Source: Polyangiales bacterium
GTDB lineage: Bacteria > Myxococcota_A > Polyangia > Polyangiales > Houyiibacteriaceae
Assembly: GCA_965227405.1 (NCBI GenBank)
Contig: OZ245758.1
Span: 1,705,693 to 1,769,692 of the forward strand
Length of the DNA stretch: 64,000 nt
Direction of reading: 5' to 3'
Shown here: positions 56,229-64,000 of the stretch, in pieces
How positions within the stretch are numbered: position 1 is the stretch's first letter
Layout of the letters: the number at the start of each line of letters is the position of its first letter
The notes under the pieces: generated by a model
What the model was told of the DNA's origin: nothing
Seen by the model: the letters and a program-made list of their open reading frames with translations, nothing else
The model's database searches: none
Translations under genes and position numbers: made by a program

Positions 56229-57170
56229 TTAGCCGTCGATCACGGGCAATCGCGGGCCACCTCGACGAACTGGCTCCGCCGCTGTTCGCTTCGGTCCGCT
56301 CTTCAGATCACCGCCGCGCCGCACATCCTCCGGACGCTTGTCCCACGCGTCGAGCACGTCCTTGTCCATCAGGTGCGTCGGTCGCACGTTGCCGATCGCG
56401 CGCATCATCACGCTCTTGATGTCCGGCTTGGTCGCCTCGAGCTGCGCCAACAGCGCTTTGGTCGCCTCGCGCTTCAGACCATCCTGAGAGCCACACAAGT
56501 TGCACGGCAGGATCGGGAACTGCAGCTCCTCTGCAAGCTCTGCGATGCGCGCCTCTTCGCATTCGATCAACGGACGGATCACTTTGAAACGCCCATCATC
56601 GGTGGTGTACACGGCCGGCATTGCCTGCATCTTTCCTGCGTAGAAAAGATTCATCAGCAGCGTTTCAAGCGAGTCGTCGCGATGATGCCCCAGGGCGATC
56701 TTGTTGCATCCCAATCGTTCGGCCGCTGTGTAGAGAATGCCGCGTCGCAATCGTGAGCAAAGCGCACAGTAGGTCGACTTCGCATCCAGCTTGTCCGTGA
56801 CCACCGTGTAGGTGTCTTCACGCAAAATCTCGTAGCGATAGCCACTCTGATCCAGCCACTCGACCAACTTGGTTCCGTCGTATCCCGGTTGGACCTGGTC
56901 GAGATGCACCGCGATCAGTTCCACTTCGAACGGCACTCGTGGCTGCAGGTTTCCCAGCAAGTGCAGCATCGTGTAGCTGTCCTTGCCGCCGCTCAGCGCC
57001 ACCATGATTCGGTCGCCAGGCTCGAGCAGATCCCAGCTGACACAGGTTTCCTTGAGCTGTTTGTACAGGCGCTTCTCGGTAGGACTCTTCGACACGGAGC
57101 GAAAAGCATGAATCGGAGAAGCGATGCGTGCTAGGTGTCCACCCGTGGCCGCCCTCATCGGAGTCAACAC
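56229..57170 (-). CDS. ttcA: tRNA 2-thiocytidine(32) synthetase
   Basis: PP-loop SGGKDS. CxxC pairs (CALCSRLRRG, CNLCGSQ). Collinear with E. coli TtcA. Confidence 0.8.
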   Translation of the reverse strand: MLTPMRAATGGHLARIASPIHAFRSVSKSPTEKRLYKQLKETCVSWDLLEPGDRIMVALSGGKDSYTMLHLLGNLQPRVPFEVELIAVHLDQVQPGYDGTKLVEWLDQSGYRYEILREDTYTVVTDKLDAKSTYCALCSRLRRGILYTAAERLGCNKIALGHHRDDSLETLLMNLFYAGKMQAMPAVYTTDDGRFKVIRPLIECEEARIAELAEELQFPILPCNLCGSQDGLKREATKALLAQLEATKPDIKSVMMRAIGNVRPTHLMDKDVLDAWDKRPEDVRRGGDLKSGPKRTAAEPVRRGGPRLPVIDG

Positions 57171-58083
57171 GCCCTACCTTCGCGGCGAGTACGGCCATGA
57201 TTTGGCGCCAAACGGACGATTCCCGGACTGGCCGGTCGAGTTCGACCCCATGCACGCGTTCCGACCCGTCGCGGAAGCAGCCTGGCTTGGATTCGGCGCC
57301 GTACGGGTGTGGTTGTGTGAAAACGGCGAAGGCATCGTGGGCGATGTCGAGTCTGTCCATCCGGATCTTCTGGAAGCGATTCGCATTTTTCAGGAAGGCG
57401 CCGCACTCAACGGCGTGCGGGTGTATTGGACGCTTCTCGATGGCAACGCTGTTGTGCGTGAGGGCGATCCGATCACGCGTTCGATTTTGACCGATGCCGA
57501 AACGCGGAAGCGTTTTGTCTCCAACATCGTACTTCCCATTGCCGACGTTCTGGATCCGAACGTCACGTTCGCACTCGAAGTGATCAACGAGCCGGAAACC
57601 GCGACCCCCGAGTGCTTCGACGCTGCGGAGAAGCGCGCTCCGGGAGCCAAACCGGTTGCTTGGGAAGACATCGGCACGACCATTCGCGCATGCAGCGAAG
57701 CCGTCGACGCGCACGTTGTCACCGCGGGAACGATGCACGTGTTTCTGGAGAAGCTCTGGCACGTCGATCCCAAACTGGGTGCAGTCGATATCCACGTCTA
57801 CCACCCCAACGGTGGACTGCCTTCGAAGGACGACTTGGTCGAGTATGTGGGCGACGAAGCAGTCCGTGCGCTTCCGCTGATTGCAGGCGAGTGCGGGATT
57901 CCCAAAGACCCCGGCCCCGAAGAACCGCAGTCGTTGTGTAACTTCATCCACAACGCGGACAAGCTCGACTACGCGGGAGCTTTCCTGTGGCAGCTTCGCG
58001 GTGACCTCATCGACGTACAGGTGAAGCAGCGCCCACCGACCAAGCTCGGTTGGGACGTCAAGCACGTACTCGCCGCTCGGTGA
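57124..58083 (+). CDS. clan GH-A glycoside hydrolase (GH5-like)
   Basis: EVINEPE acid/base motif and IAGECG nucleophile motif. The start is uncertain because it overlaps the ttcA 5' end. Confidence 0.5.
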   Translation: MRARCPPVAALIGVNTPYLRGEYGHDLAPNGRFPDWPVEFDPMHAFRPVAEAAWLGFGAVRVWLCENGEGIVGDVESVHPDLLEAIRIFQEGAALNGVRVYWTLLDGNAVVREGDPITRSILTDAETRKRFVSNIVLPIADVLDPNVTFALEVINEPETATPECFDAAEKRAPGAKPVAWEDIGTTIRACSEAVDAHVVTAGTMHVFLEKLWHVDPKLGAVDIHVYHPNGGLPSKDDLVEYVGDEAVRALPLIAGECGIPKDPGPEEPQSLCNFIHNADKLDYAGAFLWQLRGDLIDVQVKQRPPTKLGWDVKHVLAAR

Positions 58084-58095
58084 TACGCTGAATAC

Positions 58096-59973
58096 ATGCG
58101 ATGGGGATTGTGCAGCGCACTTGTGCTGCTTGGTTTGGCATGTGGGGATGACTCGGACGGCGTGGATGCGGCCGTCGACGGTGGCGGTCGCGATACCGGC
58201 ATCGACGCAACAACCGACACCGAAGAGCCCTTTGACGCAGCGTCTTGTGACGGCCTGCAGTTCCCCGCGTTGACGCGCGCGCGAATCGCGATCAGCGAGG
58301 GCTCAGACACCTACGCCGTCGACCTCGAATGGACAGGTGGCAGCGACCAAGTCGAAGCCGAAGTCGGTGTTGAGGTCGACGGAGAGTTTGCCGTTGCGAT
58401 GGATGCGGTCGACGCGGCCACGGCGAGCGGACAAGCCCAGGTCGACAAGACGCTCCAAGATCTCTTCATCCGCTTGGTTGGCGTGCGCGGTCCATGTCGG
58501 GTCAACGGCGCAGCCGTACGTTTAGCCAAGCCGGACTACGCTGACCCCGCGCGTTGGGGCAACGACTGGATCCGCGTGGTCAGCCACACGCACACCATCG
58601 CGGACATCAAAGCCAACGCAGGCGGTCCCGTGTTTGCAAATCGCATCAACTGGTTCAATGGCTGCTTCGACGTGCTTGGCGACATGGAAGCTTGTCACGA
58701 ACTGCTCTTGCGCAGCTTCAGCGAAAGCGGTGTGCAATGGCTGGTGGATGCAGCAGCCGACAACGGCATCGACGCTGTCATCCTCACCGACCACGACAAC
58801 GTGGGCATTTGGTTCACCGATGTGTTCCGACGCTACAACCAAGCCGACGCCGATGGTCCGAGTGTCGTGCCGGGCATGGAGTGGACCAGCGCGTTCGGTC
58901 ACTTGACTGTCGTCGGGAACTTCCTGCCGGAAATCGATCCGAGTTCCAGCATCTACGACCTGGAGTTCGCCCAACAGATCCACGGCTCGACGCCTCTGCC
59001 ACCAGATGAGTGCGACGATACCGACGAAAACCACGACGTGAATCAGCCTGCGTTTGATGGACCGGACGCTCCGTGTACGCGAGCCGATCATCGGGGTCAT
59101 GGCGATGATCCGATCAGCATGATGGATGCGATGGTCAGTATCGACGAGCTCCATCGTCGAGGCGCACTGGTGTACATCAACCACCCCACACAAAACGCAG
59201 TGATCGAACCTCCGATGCGGTGGGCCTTGGGCAACGATCGCGTGGATGGGGTCGAGGTCAACACGCCCGATCCCACACTCACCAACCGCAATGCACCCGA
59301 GTGGTGGCGCGACAATGGACTGCGCGAAGGTCGACGCTGGGTAGGCATCGCCGGTACCGACTGCCACGTCAACGGACCGCCCTACGACGGCGACACTGGT
59401 TGCAACTCATTCCACGGCATCGTCGACCTCACGCACATGGACGCGCCGTACATGTGGGTCAAACCGGTTGGCTCGACCTCCGCGGCTGCGGTCAACGACC
59501 CCGACTTGGTCGTGGCGGCATTGCGCGAAGGGCGTGTGACCGTCGTACAAGACACCGATCCGGCGGTTGTGGTCGACCTCGGCATTGATGTGAACGACGA
59601 CGGACTCATCGACTACTGGAGCGGCTCGACCGTACCGGCATGCGAACAACCCGGTCGTGACGCGTTCACTGTCCAAGTTCGTGTGCGCGCCGTGCAACGC
59701 CACAACTACAACGTGAACATTTGGCGCAACGCCGCTGAAGAACGAATCCTCGACCGCGAAGAGATTCGCGCCAACGAGATTTGGATGGGCACGTCGCGCT
59801 TCTCGCGCTCAACCGACATTCCTGCCGGAGCCGAACACGGTTTCATCACCGCGTGGGTACGCGAAGACATCACGTTGAGCACCGACAACGACGCTGGGTT
59901 CAGCAATCCGATCTACTTCGAAGCCGGAACGGCGGATGTTGCGTGCAACACGCGCAACAGCGATGGGCTCTAA
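58096..59973 (+). CDS. PHP-domain metallophosphoesterase-like lipoprotein
   Basis: Lipobox LGLACG. IRVVSHTHT, ILTDHD and later His/Asp clusters. Confidence 0.5.
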   Translation: MRWGLCSALVLLGLACGDDSDGVDAAVDGGGRDTGIDATTDTEEPFDAASCDGLQFPALTRARIAISEGSDTYAVDLEWTGGSDQVEAEVGVEVDGEFAVAMDAVDAATASGQAQVDKTLQDLFIRLVGVRGPCRVNGAAVRLAKPDYADPARWGNDWIRVVSHTHTIADIKANAGGPVFANRINWFNGCFDVLGDMEACHELLLRSFSESGVQWLVDAAADNGIDAVILTDHDNVGIWFTDVFRRYNQADADGPSVVPGMEWTSAFGHLTVVGNFLPEIDPSSSIYDLEFAQQIHGSTPLPPDECDDTDENHDVNQPAFDGPDAPCTRADHRGHGDDPISMMDAMVSIDELHRRGALVYINHPTQNAVIEPPMRWALGNDRVDGVEVNTPDPTLTNRNAPEWWRDNGLREGRRWVGIAGTDCHVNGPPYDGDTGCNSFHGIVDLTHMDAPYMWVKPVGSTSAAAVNDPDLVVAALREGRVTVVQDTDPAVVVDLGIDVNDDGLIDYWSGSTVPACEQPGRDAFTVQVRVRAVQRHNYNVNIWRNAAEERILDREEIRANEIWMGTSRFSRSTDIPAGAEHGFITAWVREDITLSTDNDAGFSNPIYFEAGTADVACNTRNSDGL

Positions 59974-61139
59974 GTAGGGAACGCGAGCACGACAGTTGTC
60001 GTGTTGTGGAACCCACTCATGTCGCCCGCTGCCAACGCGATCTCACCGTAGGTCTCAAAGCCTGCAAGCGGAACATCGCCCAACACGGACGACATGCCTT
60101 GTACGGCGTCGCCAAACTGCTCGCCAAGAATCAGATTTCGGCAGATGCAGTCGAACACAATCGCGCCAGCAACCTGTCCGTCGAGTTGGCCGCCGGCGGA
60201 TTTCGCCGCTGCGATAGCCGCATCGACTTGTCGCCCTGCTGAACTCTCTGTGATGCGGAATGTCGCTCCCGCAGGAACCCCGCATGCGAAGTTCAATGAG
60301 CCATCGGCGCCCTTCGAAAGCGGTGCTCGAATCTTGAGCGCTTCGCCACTCTGTAAACCCGCTTCAAAACGTAGGAGGTAGGCGCCCACCTCATCTTCCG
60401 GCAACGCGTCGACGTCGATTCCGGCCGCCTTTGCCGCTGCACGCGTGTGTTCCACCCACACATCCCAGGCAGGTCGACCACCGATTGTTTGCACGGTCGC
60501 ACCTTCGGCGGCGGTGACTTCGAGTTCGTCGGAGAGAGCGTGATGTCCATGCGCAACACCTACCGCGAGTGGTTTCGCAGATCGAATCTCGGCGATCACG
60601 ACAGCATCCGACGCGTGCTCTGATCCACACGCGACGAAAGTCTCCTTCATCGCAAGATCATCGCCTGCAGCGCCCCCAGCCAGAGCAACACCTTCGCCCA
60701 AAAGCGAACCCGCCCACAAAGTCACTTCTTCGCTCCGGCCGACAAGCGGATCGAGAAGTAGAATTGCAGTTCGATGCGGGAGGTCACGCGCATCGCTCGC
60801 TTCAAGTTGCTCGAGTGCGCTTCGAACCGCGCCTTCAGGATCCTCAGCAACGCCGCGACCGAGCCCCGCACGAACAGCGAAATCACCAGCGACCGCCACG
60901 GCGACAGTCGTACCTTTGGCATTCAAACTGGCTTCTGTGAACTCGCCCGCAGTGGAGGCACCGAGCACCACAGCGTCCGCGAACCGCGTTTGTAGCGATG
61001 CACACACGGATGCCAGAGACTGCGTTGTTGACGCAAAGGCCATCACCAAAGCCGGCGTGCTTCCCGCGAGGCGGGTTTCAAGCGCCTCACCAATCGAGTT
61101 CGCGTCGGTGCCATGTGCTGTCGCAAAGGTTGTGGTCAT
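59970..61139 (-). CDS. FIST-domain sensory protein
   Basis: FIST-N and FIST-C organisation ending in GFETYGEI. Confidence 0.6.
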   Translation of the reverse strand: MTTTFATAHGTDANSIGEALETRLAGSTPALVMAFASTTQSLASVCASLQTRFADAVVLGASTAGEFTEASLNAKGTTVAVAVAGDFAVRAGLGRGVAEDPEGAVRSALEQLEASDARDLPHRTAILLLDPLVGRSEEVTLWAGSLLGEGVALAGGAAGDDLAMKETFVACGSEHASDAVVIAEIRSAKPLAVGVAHGHHALSDELEVTAAEGATVQTIGGRPAWDVWVEHTRAAAKAAGIDVDALPEDEVGAYLLRFEAGLQSGEALKIRAPLSKGADGSLNFACGVPAGATFRITESSAGRQVDAAIAAAKSAGGQLDGQVAGAIVFDCICRNLILGEQFGDAVQGMSSVLGDVPLAGFETYGEIALAAGDMSGFHNTTTVVLAFPT

Positions 61140-61141
61140 GT

Positions 61142-61363
61142 CTATCTCCTCAGGTGCAGCCGACTCATGGTGAAGCGTGCCGTGATCCCCACGAGTCCCC
61201 CTCGAAGCGCAATTCGCTCGAGCAAGCGAAGAGCACTTGCGCGGTCGAACCTGTCTCCGAGTCCGAGAGTCGCCGCCGCTTCTTGCACCACCTGTTTTGC
61301 GACGGAGTCGCCCAGCGGCTCGGCAAGAAGTGCGATGAGCTCTCGTTGAGTCATCACCAACAC
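61142..61363 (-). CDS. small hypothetical protein upstream of the FIST gene
   Basis: 73-aa ORF ending 3 nt before the FIST ATG. Confidence 0.3.
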   Translation of the reverse strand: MLVMTQRELIALLAEPLGDSVAKQVVQEAAATLGLGDRFDRASALRLLERIALRGGLVGITARFTMSRLHLRR

Positions 61364-61458
61364 ATTCTACGTTGATGCACACGTTGTGCCGAGGCCCGCG
61401 CACGACTTCTCGCGTGCATCGGTGGTTCGTACAGCCCGCAGTGTGGACGATCTGACCT

Positions 61459-62262
61459 TTAGCGGGCTTCAAACGCGACGATGTTGGGCACCTGCCAGAA
61501 GACATCGTTGTCGTCGTTTTCGTTGAAGCCGTCCTCGTAACTTCCAATCTCGGCAACGCGGTGCCCCTCCGTGTTGACCACAAGCGAGGCTTCGGGTCCG
61601 CCTTCCATGTAGATCATCCCGCGGATCCCGTGACCATCGGCAAGCATGCGGTTGAGCACGGTCATCCGATATGGTGTTCGCGTATGCATGAAGACTGCAC
61701 GCCCTTCGTCATCCACACCGAAGCCGGCTGCACTGTAGCGCTTGCGATTGGGCCAAGGGACTGCACGACCACGACAATCCACCATGCGATACGCCTGAAG
61801 CACATTTTGGTAGCGACGCGTAAACGCGTCCAAGCCATGACCGCATCCACGACCCCCAATCGCTAGCGGTGCTGCACTACCACGTGCCTCGAAGCCCACG
61901 ACGCCACGATATTTGCTCACGCGACGATTCGACGCGACCGAGCCGTCTTGCATCATGAACCCTACGCTTCGACCGCTGGGCAAGAACATGCCTGCGTTGA
62001 TGCCTCCGGCCAGACTGTGGTCACGCACCCAGCGAGGCAGCGAGCGTCGCTCTCCGTGTCGTTCTTCGGTGAGGATGCGCAACCGGTACTGCGAGAGATC
62101 GACGCGGACCAACGTGATGATGCGGTTGCCGACTGGAATTTCCGGAGCGACCGAGGCGCGGATTCGTTCGACGACGATTCCGGGTTCGTCCGCTGAAGTG
62201 GAGCCAACGAGAACAATTGAAGCCAAGCTGCTCAGCGCAGCAAAGAAGAGGACGCGTTTCAT
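61459..62262 (-). CDS. phosphodiester glycosidase family (DUF2233 / NAGPA-like) secreted protein
   Basis: Signal MKRVLFFAALSSLASIVLVGS. GGINAGMF block. Confidence 0.6.
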   Translation of the reverse strand: MKRVLFFAALSSLASIVLVGSTSADEPGIVVERIRASVAPEIPVGNRIITLVRVDLSQYRLRILTEERHGERRSLPRWVRDHSLAGGINAGMFLPSGRSVGFMMQDGSVASNRRVSKYRGVVGFEARGSAAPLAIGGRGCGHGLDAFTRRYQNVLQAYRMVDCRGRAVPWPNRKRYSAAGFGVDDEGRAVFMHTRTPYRMTVLNRMLADGHGIRGMIYMEGGPEASLVVNTEGHRVAEIGSYEDGFNENDDNDVFWQVPNIVAFEAR

Positions 62263-62433
62263 CGGAGACTCGAACTGAAGTGTCGCCCGCGCCTATTTCC
62301 GGCTCTGGTTGCGCGCGTTAGCGTTTTACGTGGCTCTTACATTCATTTTGGTCGCGGCTCGGATGGATTCACGTTTGGCGTCGTTTCGACCCTGCGTTGG
62401 TCCAGACGTTCTTCGACCAAAATGGCTAGATTT

Positions 62434-62691
62434 TTAGTCGAACTCCTCTTCGTCGAGGGTGTCCTGCTTCATTGCGGGCTTCTTCTTCTTCGGCGCTTCG
62501 ACCTTCTTCTTCGCAACGCCCTTGCGCGTCGTCTTGCTTCCCTTGCGCGTCTTCTTCCACGCCATCTTCCAGGCGCGACGCTTCGCTTGGTACTCCTGGC
62601 CCTCTTCGGTTTCGAACCACTCCCGCCTGGTCATGCCCTCCGGCGTGGGCGGCATTTCGGGCTTTGGTGGTAGCTCGTCCGAGTCGCTCAA
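62434..62691 (-). CDS. small Lys-rich hypothetical protein
   Basis: 85 aa with a KKKVEAPKKKKP tail. 4-nt overlap with the upstream gene. Confidence 0.35.
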   Translation of the reverse strand: MSDSDELPPKPEMPPTPEGMTRREWFETEEGQEYQAKRRAWKMAWKKTRKGSKTTRKGVAKKKVEAPKKKKPAMKQDTLDEEEFD

Positions 62692-63989
62692 AGAAGAATC
62701 TCAGACACTGTGTTCACGGCTCGGCCCGCGGGTCCGAGCTTCGCGGTCACACCCATCCGGGCAAGCATCGTGTTGTACACGTCGATGCCCTCGACGTTGT
62801 CGAGATCCACGATCTCATTTGTACGGAACCGATCGTTGGCACCGGTAATCGCGTGGAAGATCCCACTAAGCTCACGCGGCACGTCGTTGTGACGCCCGTC
62901 GCCGCTCTCCGTGCTGATCATGAGCATGGAGTTGTCGAGAATCGTTTTTCCGTTCTCGTCCGCATGCGCCGGGTCATCGAGGGCGCTCAACAAGTACGCG
63001 ACTTCGCGCATCTTCATGTGCAAGTGTGCCTTGAGCTGCACGTTCCCGTCGGTGCGCCCGTTGAACGCGTGCCAATACTCGTGGCTGCACCCCTGCGCAC
63101 CACCGCGACCCCGATCGCGTCGATCGTCAAAGTCGTAGCTCGTGCTCATGTGGTCGTAGTTGCCCGTCACGCGAATGCGCTCACCTGCACTCAGGAACGT
63201 CGCACAGCCAAAACGAGCCAGGTCGCACTGCACCGCCAACACGAAAAGGTCGGCCTGAATGCGCCAGTGGTTCACCAACGCTTCAAGCGTGATGTCGATG
63301 CCTTCGCCGCCCGGATCGGCTGCGGGCCCATGCGGAATACCGCCCATGCCGGGTCGCTCCGGCACGTCACAAGTCGGTTCCACTTCACCGCCAAAGATCT
63401 GTGTCTCCAGCTCGCGGACTCGGTCGAGGTGGTCGGCAATACGCGTTCGCGACGCCACACCCAGGTTGGACGCGTCGCTTTGATAGTGCCGGTACTGGTC
63501 GAGCACGCCATCGAGCACACTGCGGCGAAGTCGCTGACGGCGCTCCGCTTCGGGATCGCCCGTCATCATTCCCGGATCCTCGCCAAAGATGCGGTCGAAG
63601 AGCGCGGGTGGGTTGTCGATCATCGTACCCGCGGGCGAGCCATCCGCGTTCCAACTGTGCAGGTACCGATAGGGACGATCGTCGCGACGGAAGTACGTGC
63701 CGGTGCACAACGTCGGGATGATTCCCGCAGGGAGTCCATCCGGATGCACGTGGCGTCGAACCAGCTGCTCCGCGGTCGAACCGCCGGCAACGGTCAAGTC
63801 CATGGCAGGCGTAGCGGCAAACGCAGCCCCCGAACCATCGTAGTGCGCGTTGACACCACCGATGTCGGCGCGGACTTGGTTCACACCTCGAAGGACCAAC
63901 AACTTGTCCTGCACCACGGAGAGCGGCTCCATCGGACCAGAGAAGCCCAACGACTGCAGCGGTGTCGGGAAGCCGAGACCGAAGAACAC
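62688..63989 (-). CDS. DUF1552-like protein, 5' end beyond window
   Basis: The ORF is open to the window edge. Family assignment is from memory of conserved His-rich blocks. Confidence 0.4.
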   Translation of the reverse strand: MFFGLGFPTPLQSLGFSGPMEPLSVVQDKLLVLRGVNQVRADIGGVNAHYDGSGAAFAATPAMDLTVAGGSTAEQLVRRHVHPDGLPAGIIPTLCTGTYFRRDDRPYRYLHSWNADGSPAGTMIDNPPALFDRIFGEDPGMMTGDPEAERRQRLRRSVLDGVLDQYRHYQSDASNLGVASRTRIADHLDRVRELETQIFGGEVEPTCDVPERPGMGGIPHGPAADPGGEGIDITLEALVNHWRIQADLFVLAVQCDLARFGCATFLSAGERIRVTGNYDHMSTSYDFDDRRDRGRGGAQGCSHEYWHAFNGRTDGNVQLKAHLHMKMREVAYLLSALDDPAHADENGKTILDNSMLMISTESGDGRHNDVPRELSGIFHAITGANDRFRTNEIVDLDNVEGIDVYNTMLARMGVTAKLGPAGRAVNTVSEILL

Positions 63990-64000
63990 GTTGAATGCGC

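Noticed and set aside
1-64000. CRISPR arrays, tRNA/rRNA genes, IS elements or prophage
   Set aside because: No regularly spaced direct repeats, no cloverleaf-compatible ~75-nt segments noticed in intergenic regions, and no transposase, integrase or phage structural ORFs in any frame.

Overview
This is a high-GC window, roughly 60-65% by hand counts of ~100-nt samples, densely coding on both strands. I found no rRNA, tRNA, CRISPR array, transposase or integrase. The gene content looks like a chromosomal segment of a predatory or social Gram-negative organism in the Myxococcota / Bradymonadota style: many lipoproteins and secreted Cys-rich paralogs, Kelch and PEGA lipoproteins, an AgmX/PglI-like C-terminal domain, a PilZ-Hsp70 fusion, a FIST protein and a DUF1552-like protein.

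Recognisable housekeeping and repair genes:
- an NmrA / LysR divergent pair;
- an MBL-fold hydrolase;
- an aldo/keto reductase and PfkA;
- the three-gene AmmeMemoRadiSam system, whose radical SAM gene carries an in-frame TGA;
- an AddAB-type helicase-nuclease pair;
- a MoaD-MoaE fused molybdopterin synthase;
- TtcA.

Candidates for an undescribed system, in my order of priority:
1. 53523-56227: a cassette of two radical SAM/SPASM maturases (the second with an N-terminal zinc ribbon) followed directly by a 145-aa signal-peptide protein (stop TAG and ATG adjacent). It has no canonical short precursor peptide, is diverged from an aldo/keto reductase, and sits in a locally lower-GC patch.
2. 40052-42768: an unknown 687-aa protein whose ATG overlaps the stop of the MoaD-MoaE fusion gene (ATGA).
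3. 15773-16858: a standalone GyrB N-terminal (ATPase + transducer) paralog with degenerate catalytic residues and no Toprim or C-terminal domain, next to a small RHH-like gene.
4. 28361-31246: a secreted lipoprotein fusing two lamin-tail domains to a permuted PEP-utilising His domain and a PPDK_N ATP-grasp domain.
5. 9279-10400: a five-Kazal-domain secreted protein upstream of a PilZ-Hsp70 / AKR / PfkA operon.

There is also a dispersed ~38-bp intergenic repeat family with four copies (one palindromic), several tandem duplications, and two LysR-type boxes that share a 5-N5-5 inverted-repeat architecture.

All protein calls come from motifs I read in the translations. No database search was run.
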